The position numbers and the translations under genes are program-made. A model generated the notes under the pieces. It did no database searches, was not told the origin of the DNA, and was given only the letters and a program-made list of their open reading frames with translations. This document shows positions 10,397 through 22,135 of a stretch of DNA of 64,000 nt, piece after piece; positions within the stretch are counted from its first letter, which is position 1; every line of letters begins with the position of its first letter. Origin of the DNA: Perkinsela sp. CCAP 1560/9. Its lineage: Eukaryota > Protista > Euglenozoa: Kinetoplastea. The DNA is taken from the NCBI GenBank assembly GCA_965644495.1, contig CBFFSA010000006.1:372001-436000 (forward strand), in the 5' to 3' direction.

Positions 10397-12355
10397 ATGG
10401 CTGTAAACAAGATACAAAAAGAATTAAAGAAAACTTCTATAAGCGTTTCACCTGATCCCGCTTCCAAGTACTCTGACGTTAATCTTTCTGCAAAGACTGT
10501 ATTCGAGGATCTGGAAATAGCTCCTCGTCTTTTGCAGGGTGTTAAAGCTATGAATTTAACAGAACCGACCGCCATTCAAAGCGCGGCATGGAAAAGCGTT
10601 ACAGATCCTGATTGTCGTGACATTGTAATACACGCTGAAACAGGAAGTGGCAAGACTCTCAGTTATCTTCTTCCTCTCGTGAATTTGCTTTTGCGGGAGA
10701 ACAAGCTAGACGGCCAACCCCCAATAACGCGCTCGATGGGTGTACTTTTACTTGTGTTGGTTCCCACTCGCGAGTTGGTCACACAGGTGTTAAACGTATG
10801 CCGCACTCTATTGCGGTATATTCCCTTTCTCATTCCAGGGTGTGTAATGGGCGGTGAGGCAAAGACAAAAGAGAAGGCGCGACTACGTAGAGGGAACCAT
10901 ATATTGGTCGCGACACCGGGCCGACTTTTGGATCACATGCGCAGTACACAGAGTTTTATATTGTCGCATCTAAAGTTCATTGCGTTAGACGAAGCTGACC
11001 GCCTACTCAGCGAGGGCTTCGAACAAGACATTAGAACTTTTAGTGAAATTATAGGAGACAAACTTGGTGATAAAGAGCTCTGCAAGAAAATTCTGATTTC
11101 CGCAATGCTGACGTCTTCGGTACTTCGGCTAACTCACTTCATGCTGCGAAACCCGACTGTAGTACGTGTAGGAAGTGAACAGGGGAGCATTGATAGTACG
11201 AAACTTGCGCAATGTCAAACGATGAAGAGTGATTCCATAGGTGCCGGCATGCCCCATACAGTGATTGATAGAGAGAGCATCATCATACCTAGTGCACTCG
11301 AACAAGCTTACGTTATTTGTCCAGCGAAGCATCGTTGTGTTATCCTGATTGCATTTTTGTTTGATCACCTTTTTCGCGATTCAATACCATCCGACCATGC
11401 GCGGTATGAAGTGTATCCCCCTGTAGGAAAAGTTATTGTTTTTGTAAATACAACGGCCGAAGTGGAATTCCTATATCTTTTGCTTTCAAAGTTGTCAGTA
11501 CCTTCCCTATGGAACTCAACACGACATGCTACTCGATTTTCTTCACACAATTCCGTAGATGGTGGGGATGAAGGTATTTGGCATTCTGGTCAAAACACAG
11601 TTTTGGGCTCCAGCAACACAGAAGATTTTACTCTTTTTCGGCATGTCAATGTTTACCAATTGCATGGTTCCATGACGCAAAATGACCGAAATGCTGTTTT
11701 CAAATCTTTTGACGCGCAAATTAGTGGAGTACTTGTTTGCACCGATGTGGCCGCAAGAGGTTTGGACATTGCCGAGGTCCAAAGCGTAGTTCACTATGAT
11801 CCCCCACTCGACGAGACGATGTACATTCACAGAACAGGACGTACAGCTCGTATGGGTCATAAAGGTAGCTCTTGTATTTTTCTTTTACCGCACGAGGCTG
11901 AGTTTGTTGATCATTTGCTTTCTCTTGGTGTTGTCGTAGAGCGCAAGAGTCACTTTAACTGGTTATATGGTTTATTACGTGCCAGTGGTCTTTCCAAGAC
12001 TAATACTATATGGGACTGTGCTCATCAACTGCAGCAAGAAGTCCAAGGAGTTGTCGGACGGAACCAGAGAGTAAATAGTGCTGCAACTTCCGCATTTATC
12101 CAATGGAGAGCGGCCTATTCAACTTACGCATCTCACTTACGCAAGTTTTTTGATGCAAAAGAGATTCATCTCGGATTTCTTGCACGTTCTTTTGGGCTTG
12201 CAATGCCTCCAAGCCAGATAGGACGTTTTGCAATGAAAAACAACACACTGGAAGGCAAACGAGGCAAATCCTATCCAGAGTACGGTGAATGTAGCAAGAA
12301 GAAAAAAATTGATACTGCTGTTCGAGATAATTCTTCGCTTTCTGAATTTATGTAA
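10397..12355 (+). CDS. DBP7: DEAD-box RNA helicase DBP7/DDX31-like
   Basis: AETGSGKT, PTREL, GGEAKTKEKARLRRG..ILVATPGRLLDH, DEAD, HRTGRTAR, IHLGFLARSFGL. Confidence 0.9.
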   Translation: MAVNKIQKELKKTSISVSPDPASKYSDVNLSAKTVFEDLEIAPRLLQGVKAMNLTEPTAIQSAAWKSVTDPDCRDIVIHAETGSGKTLSYLLPLVNLLLRENKLDGQPPITRSMGVLLLVLVPTRELVTQVLNVCRTLLRYIPFLIPGCVMGGEAKTKEKARLRRGNHILVATPGRLLDHMRSTQSFILSHLKFIALDEADRLLSEGFEQDIRTFSEIIGDKLGDKELCKKILISAMLTSSVLRLTHFMLRNPTVVRVGSEQGSIDSTKLAQCQTMKSDSIGAGMPHTVIDRESIIIPSALEQAYVICPAKHRCVILIAFLFDHLFRDSIPSDHARYEVYPPVGKVIVFVNTTAEVEFLYLLLSKLSVPSLWNSTRHATRFSSHNSVDGGDEGIWHSGQNTVLGSSNTEDFTLFRHVNVYQLHGSMTQNDRNAVFKSFDAQISGVLVCTDVAARGLDIAEVQSVVHYDPPLDETMYIHRTGRTARMGHKGSSCIFLLPHEAEFVDHLLSLGVVVERKSHFNWLYGLLRASGLSKTNTIWDCAHQLQQEVQGVVGRNQRVNSAATSAFIQWRAAYSTYASHLRKFFDAKEIHLGFLARSFGLAMPPSQIGRFAMKNNTLEGKRGKSYPEYGECSKKKKIDTAVRDNSSLSEFM

Positions 12356-12571
12356 GAGGTTAATCATGATCACCAGAAGTAGATAGCACACGTGCTCTCA
12401 TCGGGCGTGGCGATCGGTATTACCATGACCGTCAAGCACAAATAGAGCACAAGATAAAAAGAATTACACCTTATTACGGTGCCAACAACATGTTGGTTGG
12501 TTACGACTTAAACAAAGCTTTGAACCAAAAGTAAGATCTAACATGTTTTAATTTTTTGTACACTTACGATC

Positions 12572-13147
12572 ATGTTCAAACGTTTGAGCGATAGAGTACT
12601 TTCGAGTTGGCGTGGCGGAATATTTACTGGAATAGGGGCGGTAATGGGTTGCGGAGGTGTAGTCTACTTATTAAGACATCCGTTGCGTTCGGACACGGTA
12701 CATCAGACTGCGGATGTCGCTAGTGAAGCATTGAGCGACATACGACTGCGCCAACAGGCAATCGTATTATCCAAAGAAGTCGTGAATAATATTCTACGGA
12801 ATGATGAAAGTTTAAATTTGTTAAAAGATCTCCTATTGAGGCTTCTGCAGCAAGAAGAGACCCGAAATGGATTGATGATGCTCCTTCACGGCGTCTTTGA
12901 AGATCCTTACTTTCAGGAGACCACCAAAAAATTCGTCGTTCGTATACTCAGCGATGCATGGATTATGGAGCGCTTAACTCAGATGACACATGAATTAGGA
13001 GGTGATCTCCTTGCTAATGAAACTACGAAGTCGCAAATGGTTGAATTCTTGCAGTCTACTGCAGGAACCGCCATAGAATCACAAGAAGTTAAGGAGAAAG
13101 CTATGAGCACTGGCCGTGAAATTGTTTGGGGAGTTTTTTGGAAATGA
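12572..13147 (+). CDS. Hypothetical single-pass helical protein, probably mitochondrial
   Basis: 191 aa; short basic N-terminal presequence, one TM segment, amphipathic helices. Confidence 0.7.
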   Translation: MFKRLSDRVLSSWRGGIFTGIGAVMGCGGVVYLLRHPLRSDTVHQTADVASEALSDIRLRQQAIVLSKEVVNNILRNDESLNLLKDLLLRLLQQEETRNGLMMLLHGVFEDPYFQETTKKFVVRILSDAWIMERLTQMTHELGGDLLANETTKSQMVEFLQSTAGTAIESQEVKEKAMSTGREIVWGVFWK

Positions 13148-13727
13148 GTCACATTTTCTCTTGTCCTGCTAGTATGTAATTGTTTTACTCCGTTCAGTAC
13201 TTTCCCTGTCTCATGACATAATTTGGAAGTAAACTTAAAATATGCACCTATGGCGACCAATGTGGAAAACAGCAAGGCGATTCGATAACAAGCCTCCACA
13301 GTAAAATTCACAACGTTATAAACGTTTATAACAACGGAACACTTTCGCGGAACTTTACGTCGGCTATAGCCCAACATGTATGTAAATTTCTGATGACTGT
13401 TACCGAAGATAACGACAAATAACATTCTCCAAATAAGATTCGTCATTTACAATTTGTAAGAGGAATGTATGTAATCGGGTAGTGAAATCTGAAATTTTCA
13501 GCTGTGTGATATGTATGTTTTGTCCCTCTTATATTGGTATTGTTGATTAAAGAGCAGATTCAAGAATAATAGACTAAGCGACGTTTCTGACACAATGTGT
13601 TCTACGTATTGCTACGACAATGAAAATAGGGGTCCGAATAACTTTAAAACTTTATGACTTTAAAGGAACTATTTTTTTTTGTACCTTGCATTGCTTTTCT
13701 CTCTGAGATATTTATTGTTAATGTTCA

Positions 13728-13814
13728 CTTCGTTAAACGCGATGATTGTTTTCAGTGAAGAAGTCACCACTGCTACGCGCATCGCGTTGAAAACTACCGC
13801 CGCGTTTAACGAGG
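13728..13814. repeat. Inverted repeat of a dispersed cttcgttaaa.gcggtggttgttttca family
   Basis: ~27-bp arms cttcgttaaacgcgatgattgttttca / tgaaaactaccgccgcgtttaacgagg; related copies at ~3791-3818 and ~13884-13908. Confidence 0.65.
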
Positions 13815-13966
13815 ACAATATACATATTGTATAGTATAAATAACGAACTTCGTAGAAACGGCATAAATGTCAGCGTGCTAACTGCTTCGTTAAAAAGCGG
13901 TGGTTGTTGGTAAACGGGCTTCGCAAATTGCTTCCCACTAACAACGTCGCGTATGGAAGAAAATAT

Positions 13967-14036
13967 AACCGTCGGGAGTGGAACCTGTGACCACCAGATT
14001 ACAAACGGCGGGTCTTATTAAATGGACTATCTGGTT
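13967..14036 (-). pseudogene. Degenerate tRNA-like sequence (possible SINE head)
   Basis: Minus strand aaccagaTAGTCCATTTAATaagac...ttgtaat...ggtcacaGGTTCCACTCCcgacggtt: A-box-like and B-box-like motifs at tRNA spacing, aacc/ggtt acceptor ends, broken stems. Confidence 0.45.
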
Positions 14037-14469
14037 CGACTCCTGAGACCTACGTTTTCGAGCACCGTGATTTGTGCCCAAATCGAGGCTGGGGGGGGGG
14101 GGCTAGACCCCCTTTTCTCACTCTCCTGGATCCATCCTACCCCGGACACCATAAAGAAGGGAGAGGCAGAGGTTGTAAACAACCCCCGCAATAAACATGA
14201 TACTTCGAATGTGCATTTACTTGTGCGCTTGCGAAGGCATTCTACTTGATTCCTCGATTGATGTTAATCTAACGTTGTGTGCTTGTATAAAATACGGTCG
14301 TTTAATGCAGTACCTGTATTCGAAAACGAAGAGAATTGTTTTGCGACTGAAAATTAGTTAAATCCTAGGAAAGAAAAAGGGATTGCTCAGTGCACAGATA
14401 AGTACAAAAGGTATATCGAAAGATCGTTTTTCAATACGTGGCGATTTATAGACCAGGAAAAATTTTTAC

Positions 14470-15594
14470 ATGGAATGGAGTCGACATACCGAAGAAGCAA
14501 GTGGAGAGCTGTTCTGGTGGAACTCGCGCTATCAAATATGTGTCTGGAACAGAGGGTTGAGCATTTCGACGAGCGAAAAAAATACAGCATCCTTGCGGGA
14601 CGACGATATCTGGTGTAGTTTCCTACGTGCCAAATCACGGTGTGTCTACACATTATGCATTTTCTGTTCGATGGGTCCCTACGTTGACAACTTGTGTATC
14701 TGTGTGCGGTGCGCTGGCACAGTACACTTCCAATGTTCAACTTCTTGCGAGGAATGCGAGGATGCCAATCTCTCTTCTACAACTATGCCTTCAAGCATGC
14801 GGAGAATCTGCCACACTTGTGTATCGCAAAGTGTTAGATTAAAGACTTTGTACACGGGTTCATCACATAGTGAATTGTTACAAATCATGTGGAGACTGGA
14901 AAAAAATTCTGTTGAGTATCCACAAAGCGTGAGACATAGTCTACTACAAATAAAGAAAATGCGTTACACAGATCAATCCATTGCGATTAAACAAGTGCAA
15001 AATATTATGTACATTTTCCATCATCCTTTGAATACTCTACGCCTTCAAAGAGCTTGCGTCAAGTCCAAAGGTGGGGTGTTCGGAGTGTATGCCCTACAAA
15101 GCATACCACGCTACACTCACGTCGGCATTTACCCGGGATATACGGACATTTTTGCCACTGAACAGTGTTATCGAGGCCGAAAACCTCCGAAATATACCTT
15201 GCTAGGCCTCAATTGTGCCGATTATAATAATCAAGTTTTTCCAGAATTCGAATCGACGTTCCTTCCATATCTCAATGAGCCCTCGCCAGGTGAATCTGCC
15301 AATTGTGCCTGGATTCAAGAGCATAATGTTGCTGAAGGTAGGCTCAGCGTCTTAACTGTTAAAAATGTGTCAAAAGGAGATGAGCTACTCGTAGGATACG
15401 GACCTTTGTACGACAGGTTATATCCATTTGAGTACGACTCATACTCGTTTCATAAAACGGAAACGATGCTATCGGGAAACTATTTTGTGCTCGGTCATTC
15501 TACATGCGCTGAAGCTGAAAGCAATGTGGTCGGTTATGTATTATGGGATGCTGCAACTCGGGAGTACAGTGAAGTGAAAATTGCCGAATTCTGA
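14470..15594 (+). CDS. WW + PHD-like + SET domain protein
   Basis: N-terminal W..H....GELFWWN...W (WW-like); CIFC..CVRC...HFQC...CHTC (PHD-like); FGVYA, VGIYPG, YLNEP, ANC, ELLVGYG (SET). Confidence 0.8.
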   Translation: MEWSRHTEEASGELFWWNSRYQICVWNRGLSISTSEKNTASLRDDDIWCSFLRAKSRCVYTLCIFCSMGPYVDNLCICVRCAGTVHFQCSTSCEECEDANLSSTTMPSSMRRICHTCVSQSVRLKTLYTGSSHSELLQIMWRLEKNSVEYPQSVRHSLLQIKKMRYTDQSIAIKQVQNIMYIFHHPLNTLRLQRACVKSKGGVFGVYALQSIPRYTHVGIYPGYTDIFATEQCYRGRKPPKYTLLGLNCADYNNQVFPEFESTFLPYLNEPSPGESANCAWIQEHNVAEGRLSVLTVKNVSKGDELLVGYGPLYDRLYPFEYDSYSFHKTETMLSGNYFVLGHSTCAEAESNVVGYVLWDAATREYSEVKIAEF

Positions 15595-16067
15595 CATACG
15601 TGTAATTTCCTGATATGAAACGTTCTGGAAAAAATAGCGTTAGCGGGCGAAGAGTGCTTTTCGCGCTAGTGGACATTTTTTTTCAAACTAAGTTCATCTT
15701 GCACAGCTACGGGCATCACACCATATGGGCATGACAACAACATGCGCAAACAGCTTCTGACGCCAACAACCTTCTTATAGAACACTTCTCGTCAGAAAAT
15801 GCATAACGTGCATGAGAACGGGCAAAGTGGAGAGTGAGTAACAATAAGAAAATAACTAAGTACAAAACATGGAAAAGTGGGTGCAATATAAGTGGTCATT
15901 ACCCAAAATGTCTTATAGTTTAGATACAGATTTCGATATTTCGGATTTATTGGTGATGTAGAATGCTCACGGCATTGTACATCGTTATCGGCTTTCCATT
16001 TCTTCTCGTTTCTTATTCAGTCTTTTACATCAATTCAGTAGTAAATTAGAACAGTCGGTGAGGTATC

Positions 16068-16808
16068 ATGAGACAGAGCTTGTACGCCTGTATGGACGAG
16101 TGTGCATCTGCCAAAACGGATGAAAAGTTCTCTGTTCGCAGGCAACAAAGTGCAAAAGTTAGAGGTGCGATTATTCCAGCTGAATATGCCATGGAGAAAT
16201 TTCTGCAAACGATCCAACACACACAGCCTGCATGGAGCACGAATACTCCAATATGTGAATGGCCTGGTATCCTATGCGACACCAAATTGCAGGTCGAGTC
16301 GATCAAGTGGACCTCTCAAGATCTCAGTGGCACAGTGCGTTGTAGCATGGTGCCTTCTACAGTAGAGAAGCTGAATCTGTCCAATAACCTTCTGACGGGA
16401 TCGCTGCATTTGGCAGATTTGCCGTATTGTTTACAACAGTTTCATGCGCATCATAATGATTTTGAGGGAAATTTGGAGCTTGCAGATCTACCTCCCCATA
16501 TGGAGAGGCTTATGTTAAGTAGTAATCGGTTTTCTGGTTCGATCGATCTGCGCCACTTGCCGAACTTGCTCCAGTCATTGTGGATTGATCGAAATCTTCT
16601 TACAGGATCGCTAGAGCTCGATGCATTGCCCTCGCAATTGCGTATCCTTAAACTAAGTGACAACCTATTTTCTGGGTGCGTCAAATTTCCTGAAGTACTT
16701 CCCTCGTGCCTCATTGAGATCAACATCAATCGCAATGCGCTGCATATTCCTTCTTCCCTTCCCTGTGGTGTGGTAGGCTGGGATCAAGACACCTCACGTA
16801 TTCAGTAA
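16068..16808 (+). CDS. Leucine-rich repeat protein
   Basis: Repeated L.L..N.(L/F).G.L.L..LP units after an N-cap (W....ICEWPGILC). Confidence 0.9.
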   Translation: MRQSLYACMDECASAKTDEKFSVRRQQSAKVRGAIIPAEYAMEKFLQTIQHTQPAWSTNTPICEWPGILCDTKLQVESIKWTSQDLSGTVRCSMVPSTVEKLNLSNNLLTGSLHLADLPYCLQQFHAHHNDFEGNLELADLPPHMERLMLSSNRFSGSIDLRHLPNLLQSLWIDRNLLTGSLELDALPSQLRILKLSDNLFSGCVKFPEVLPSCLIEININRNALHIPSSLPCGVVGWDQDTSRIQ

Positions 16809-17120
16809 GTGAAGTTGTGCAATTCTTGAATATTTTAAATGAACATTATGTCGTTTATTCAAAGATCCCTCATAAATTTCAGAACGTTTGTGGAAAAGTG
16901 TTGTTGTCCTAGCACTATACAGTCGTACCTTATTAATGATATGACAGTAACGGAGAAAAACGATGCTATAACTCTACGTAATACTAAACGTTTTTGCTAT
17001 GTATGGTAGGATAAGTAAGGTACAAAGTAAGTAAGGTAAGTAGTAACGTACTACCAGATTGTACATGTAGTACTGCGTAAACATCTTTCTAATATTATTC
17101 AGTTTATTGCTTTGAAAGTG

Positions 17121-18110
17121 ATGACGTACGATCACACGAATCCTACAGTTAAGCGACTTTTGAGGGAATTAAAGAGCATGACAGAAGCAACATCTCCATA
17201 TTTTCTTGCGTATCCATTGGAGGACAATCTTTTTTGTTGGCATTTTACTCTACTTGGTCCGCCTGACTCACCGTACGCCGTTGGCTATTACCATGGGAAA
17301 CTTTTAGTGCCCTCAAATTATCCTTTTTCTCCTCCCGACATCGTTTTGCTCACTCCCAGCGGTCGGTTTCAAACAAACAAAAAAATATGCGTCTCTATTT
17401 CTTCTCATCATCCCGAGAACTGGAAGGTGACATATAACTTGCATACTGTGTTACTTGCGCTTCGCGAATTTATGTCAACTGCGGGTAACAATGCTATAGG
17501 AGCATTAGAATATCCGGACGCAGTGCGAAAGGAGCTAGCGAAGAATAGTTGGGACTTTGTGTGTCATTTATGTGGCCAATCCATCGCATCGCATAGGGAC
17601 AATTTACAAAAAAATGAACGAAATTTAAGTCACCAAGATGATTCCGCAGAAACAATTGCTTTTGTGTATGGCTCGCCAGCTGAATCACATATTACTCCGG
17701 ATAATGATTCAGAAACTCTCGAAGGTCATGACGAAATTTCCCCAACTTTGGAACCGTTACATGATACAACTTCCCAGGTCGTACGGCGGAGTGATTCACT
17801 AAATGCTGCACAAACCCTTGATGAGGGTGGGATTTCGGAGCCTTCTGGTGGCGACTCTTGTGAGCATCTACTAAGCAATGTTAACTCCGAGAAAAACGTA
17901 TCAAAAAGATCTCAAGACGTGGGAGAAAATGCATCGCTGCAAGCTGTACGTACAAAAGAGCCCGCGACAAATGAACTTTGTCAAGTTGTCATCAACGCTG
18001 AAACATTAGACTGGAGTATTGCTTTTGTCCTGCTTGCCATTTTTGCAATCCTGATAAAGAAATGGTTGAGCGGTACGTTGGATGACGTTGCTATTTTTGC
18101 CCACGTATAG
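17121..18110 (+). CDS. Tail-anchored ubiquitin-conjugating enzyme E2 (Ubc6/UBE2J-like)
   Basis: WHFTLLGPPDSPY..GYYHG, YPFSPP, TPSGRF, catalytic ICVSIS..HPE.W, C-terminal TM segment. Confidence 0.9.
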   Translation: MTYDHTNPTVKRLLRELKSMTEATSPYFLAYPLEDNLFCWHFTLLGPPDSPYAVGYYHGKLLVPSNYPFSPPDIVLLTPSGRFQTNKKICVSISSHHPENWKVTYNLHTVLLALREFMSTAGNNAIGALEYPDAVRKELAKNSWDFVCHLCGQSIASHRDNLQKNERNLSHQDDSAETIAFVYGSPAESHITPDNDSETLEGHDEISPTLEPLHDTTSQVVRRSDSLNAAQTLDEGGISEPSGGDSCEHLLSNVNSEKNVSKRSQDVGENASLQAVRTKEPATNELCQVVINAETLDWSIAFVLLAIFAILIKKWLSGTLDDVAIFAHV

Positions 18111-18336
18111 AAATACAAAAGCATGGTATCCTGCATAATGAACTACTGTTCTTACTGTAAATACACTGTTGCTACTGTGACCCCACTATACTTTTCACGA
18201 AAGGAAAAAATAATACTAAGGGTGTAGCAAAGATTAACTCTATACGTTTCACTAAAACTTATGCATAGTGCAGACTTCTGTAATTGGGCTAGATGCAAAC
18301 TCGTTTCTTGAATTCATATTTACTACTCGAGTTCTC

Positions 18337-19632
18337 ATGAGTGCACCGAGTAGTCGCTTTTTTTGCCCCGTATATTGCAAGAGATCCGAAGCAAACGATG
18401 TCCTTCTTGTTTGCGTTCAGAAAAATGTTTGCACTGCATGTTTATTCTCAGAGTTCCATCCGCGTGAAACTAAACATGAAACGTCCCGTTATTTTAAAAT
18501 AACAACAGGGCCTAGTGAATGTGACGATGTCACACTCTTTATTTCGCAAGAAGATACACTGCATTTCACAGAAGATCAAACTTTAGCATGTTGTACTCTT
18601 TTGTCGCTACATGGCAAGTATTGCCTCTTCTGGCAAGTAGTTCTGGAGTGGGATGGATGCTTTCGAGTCAAACAAGTTCATTTTAGCCATATCTCGAGCG
18701 CTTTTCCCAAGCGTCTGACCTGTGCTCATTTCCTTGACCTTGCAGCGACAAAACCGAGTGAAGCAGTCTGCGTACTTATTGGCGACGCCACAGGTTGTGT
18801 TTTCGAAGTACAGTGGCGGGGAGTAGGCGGTTCAGATCTTGTCTGCACGTCCACAAAAGGCTTTGCACACATCTCAAGCATTACCGCGATTGCGACTCAC
18901 CGGTTGAATTCCTCACTTGCTGATGCATGTCACGCTGCACGGTCTGTCACCCACAGCACGAACTTTACCCCATCACATTTGGTTGCAACCGCAGATAAAG
19001 ATGGGAAGATTCGGGTCTGTAGTCTCCCTCAGCCCCATTACCTACTTTGTGTCTGTCTCATGCACGAGCCAACAACCGTTAGTGGTCTTTTGCTCCATCC
19101 TACCCACTACCATGAACGAGAAGATAAAGAAGAAACCCAACTGCTGTGCTTCTCCAGTACGACAAATGGGACACTTGTCGTGCATCATGTCCTAAGCGGT
19201 GAGATTTTGCATATTATACGACAGTGGTCGGAAGTTCCTTTTTCTGTGGGTCAGAGTATGACCCACTCGGGGTACCGTGTTGTAGCACACTTCGTCAAAT
19301 ATGATGAAAGATCGCTAGATTTCTTTGTAGTTGTCGCAGACGGTGGCGTAAATTTCCGCGCAGCCAAGGCATGCGCTTATAGAGGTGAGCATGGTAAATG
19401 GTTGGTTGATAGTGCCCCGTTGTCTAGTGTAGAAAAGAAAGTGATTAGTGCGGATAGTGTCGCTTATGCAAGCAAGTATCTTTGCGAAACAACAGGTCTT
19501 TTCACTTCTTCGGAGAATTTTATACAGAAATATGCGCTATTTTATACTGCAGAGTGCATTGGTCGGAAAAGTACTGCGGTAAGAATGGAATGGGAAGACA
19601 TTACTTCCGACTTTTTGTCGTATATTTCGTAG
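18337..19632 (+). CDS. WD40 protein, WDR4/Trm82-like
   Basis: LIGDATGCVF, AHISSIT and ATADKDGKIRV (compare WDR4 TADRDEKIRV). Confidence 0.6.
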   Translation: MSAPSSRFFCPVYCKRSEANDVLLVCVQKNVCTACLFSEFHPRETKHETSRYFKITTGPSECDDVTLFISQEDTLHFTEDQTLACCTLLSLHGKYCLFWQVVLEWDGCFRVKQVHFSHISSAFPKRLTCAHFLDLAATKPSEAVCVLIGDATGCVFEVQWRGVGGSDLVCTSTKGFAHISSITAIATHRLNSSLADACHAARSVTHSTNFTPSHLVATADKDGKIRVCSLPQPHYLLCVCLMHEPTTVSGLLLHPTHYHEREDKEETQLLCFSSTTNGTLVVHHVLSGEILHIIRQWSEVPFSVGQSMTHSGYRVVAHFVKYDERSLDFFVVVADGGVNFRAAKACAYRGEHGKWLVDSAPLSSVEKKVISADSVAYASKYLCETTGLFTSSENFIQKYALFYTAECIGRKSTAVRMEWEDITSDFLSYIS

Positions 19633-20027
19633 GGAAGGTTGTTGACTGCCCCAAAAAATCTTTTAAAAGTCGCTTACACAAGGGCGAGGCTTCTTGGGTT
19701 CGTGCTTCCTTTTTTCGAGTGCTGTCTTGAAATGGAAACACGATTTACAAAAAATGGAGCACTAGCGTAGTAATGCCGTTCGAATATAGTTTCTTGCTTC
19801 CCGGCTTGAATTATGGTGTATGTAACCCTTCTTTTAAAAAGAGTTCTTGTAAAAGGCGGCATTATGTATAATAATTTTTTTTATAATTATTGGTAATTAT
19901 TAACGTCATAATTTTAACTGCTGCTATGGAGACATACAGGACTTTACACTGCAGTGTTTTAATTTGAACATTTTTTTTACATGTAGTGCATAAGTACGAT
20001 AAAACATTGGGTTTAATTGATTACCGA

Positions 20028-20378
20028 ATGGGGATGGAGAGCAGTATTTTAAATGTCAAAAAAATTCTTGACGAAGAACTGAAATCTTGGCGTCGGGAAC
20101 CGAGAAATAAAACGACTGAGCTTTCGAGCCCCGAAAAAAAATATAATTGCGCTGTGCAGAATGAGTCGGCGAAGCTTGATAGAAATCTTCCCTTTGATGG
20201 ATATAGCTACTATGATGCACTCATGCCACCTAGCAAATACGCACGTCTTTTCAACTGTGTTGAATGTGACAAAGCATCACAGGGATTGTATCGCTGTGTT
20301 CGATGTTCAGCCAAATACTGTTCTCTAAGATGTCGAGATTTACATGAAGAAACGAGTTGTACAAACTTGAAGCTCTAA
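20028..20378 (+). CDS. zf-HIT protein, SWC6/Vps71/ZNHIT1-like
   Basis: Y..A..PPS...R..CVEC...YRCVRCSAKYCSLRC..LHEETSC. Confidence 0.8.
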   Translation: MGMESSILNVKKILDEELKSWRREPRNKTTELSSPEKKYNCAVQNESAKLDRNLPFDGYSYYDALMPPSKYARLFNCVECDKASQGLYRCVRCSAKYCSLRCRDLHEETSCTNLKL

Positions 20379-20696
20379 ATTTTCTGTATTGTATCAGTAA
20401 ACGGAATATAATACATGTTCCTGGTCATACATACAGGATATGTAGGCCTAGGGGGGTGCGCACGAAAAAAAAAGATATACTTAACCGACTGTGTTCACTC
20501 CATGTTAAGTATTGCAGATTTATCAACCTAGATACACAACGTATTCTTGATTGTTATGCGACCAACATAACATTACATGCGACCAACATAACATTACATC
20601 AAACACATGATTGTTGAAACTTCATTTAATTGATGTACATTATACTTGCGAATTACATGAAATGTCCGCATAATTCAGCCCTATTACACTACTGTC

Positions 20697-21770
20697 ATGC
20701 AGGTTTCGGCACGATTGCTGCACCACGCTGATAGGCCGAAGTTAGAACACCTGTCCCGGCGCCTTACTGAACTAGTCCGTCTTAGCTCTTCTCGTGCAAT
20801 TGACCCTAGCATCGCACGCCAAACATACGAGGCTATGGAGCTCCTCGGCGTACGCTCCCCGAACCTTCACCTCTGGGTGCTGCAGAAACCACCTACCTCT
20901 TCATGCTGCCAATTTACAGTTGAGATGGCTCGCTTTCCTGAAGTTTTTTTCTGCAGAGAAATATTTTCTGTAGTACAGCGGCTACTGCCTTCTGAGGTGA
21001 TTCGTATGTTGGGTATTGCATATCGAATGCGTCAGAATATTCAAAACTCTGTTGTGAATGAAAGCCCGTTTACGTGCGTTGGTGGGTCACAAGGTGAGAG
21101 CGTCGGTTCCGCTGTACTTCCTTTCGCTGCAGATCGAGAGGACCATATAGAGGAGGTTGTAGCCCAATGTGCAAAGCGGATCACTGAGCTTCGAACAGCA
21201 TTGTCAGCTCGTGAACTTGCAGCTTCTCTTACTCGATTCGAAAGCTTAGGCTTTTTCGGAAAATGCACGCGCCAGGAGCTTTTGAACAACTTACTGCGAC
21301 GGTTTTGGTGTGTTATAGATGATTCTTCATCAGGCTGTCTCCGTGACATTTTACTCACATTCACAACCCATTTTTCGAGACTCCCTAAAGACAGTGTTCC
21401 GGATATACTGGAAGCTGTAGCTCAACGCGCTGTAGATTGCCTTGGAGAAGCTTTGACAACGCAGGAAAACGTTTCGCAGTCCTTCGAAGGGTCGAAACGG
21501 CATGTTCAGAGTCATAAAGAACGGCAAAAAGTTTTATCTAATACTCTGGAAATAATATCATTATGTCATAGCTTTGGCTGGGAACACAATGGACTAAATA
21601 ACGCAGTTCGTTACTTTGTGGAAACAGAACCTCCAGAAACTGGTGAGCACATTACGGCACTGGTCGACGAAAAAGACAACAAGAATGATCAATGGAAAAA
21701 ATGGTGTTCCTTGCTTCTCCCACAGCAACGTAAATTACTTGAGCTGTTGATGCAGCTCCCGGGAGCTTAA
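20697..21770 (+). CDS. Hypothetical helical-repeat protein, likely mitochondrial
   Basis: 357-aa ATG ORF; short presequence-like start MQVSARLL; amphipathic helical pattern. Confidence 0.65.
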   Translation: MQVSARLLHHADRPKLEHLSRRLTELVRLSSSRAIDPSIARQTYEAMELLGVRSPNLHLWVLQKPPTSSCCQFTVEMARFPEVFFCREIFSVVQRLLPSEVIRMLGIAYRMRQNIQNSVVNESPFTCVGGSQGESVGSAVLPFAADREDHIEEVVAQCAKRITELRTALSARELAASLTRFESLGFFGKCTRQELLNNLLRRFWCVIDDSSSGCLRDILLTFTTHFSRLPKDSVPDILEAVAQRAVDCLGEALTTQENVSQSFEGSKRHVQSHKERQKVLSNTLEIISLCHSFGWEHNGLNNAVRYFVETEPPETGEHITALVDEKDNKNDQWKKWCSLLLPQQRKLLELLMQLPGA

Positions 21771-22135
21771 AAGATGAAATCGATGAAAACCAAACTTGAG
21801 TGATGGAAGTGCGAGTACAATGTATTACAGTACATGATAATTCCTGTATATTCCGCATCATTCTTCTCCTTGTACTTTTTTATCCCAATTGAACTACCTA
21901 GCAAATATTGCCACTGAAAAATTGTAATCTGATTCTGATTATCAGAAGACAGAAGTACACTGCGATCACACACTTTTGTATTATGTTTGGAGAGTGGCCT
22001 AATATAATAACTAAACGGGACACTTTCGCGGAGCTTCACGTTGGCCGGCGGCCTACTTTTACGGAAGTTTCTGATGATTGTTCCCGGAGATTCCGTACAT
22101 CTCAATTATTCTCCCACGTACATCCATGTTGAAAT

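Noticed and set aside
18173-18184. tactgtgacccc solo match to the 3606 element terminus
   Set aside because: Only 12 bp with no partner end nearby; could be chance
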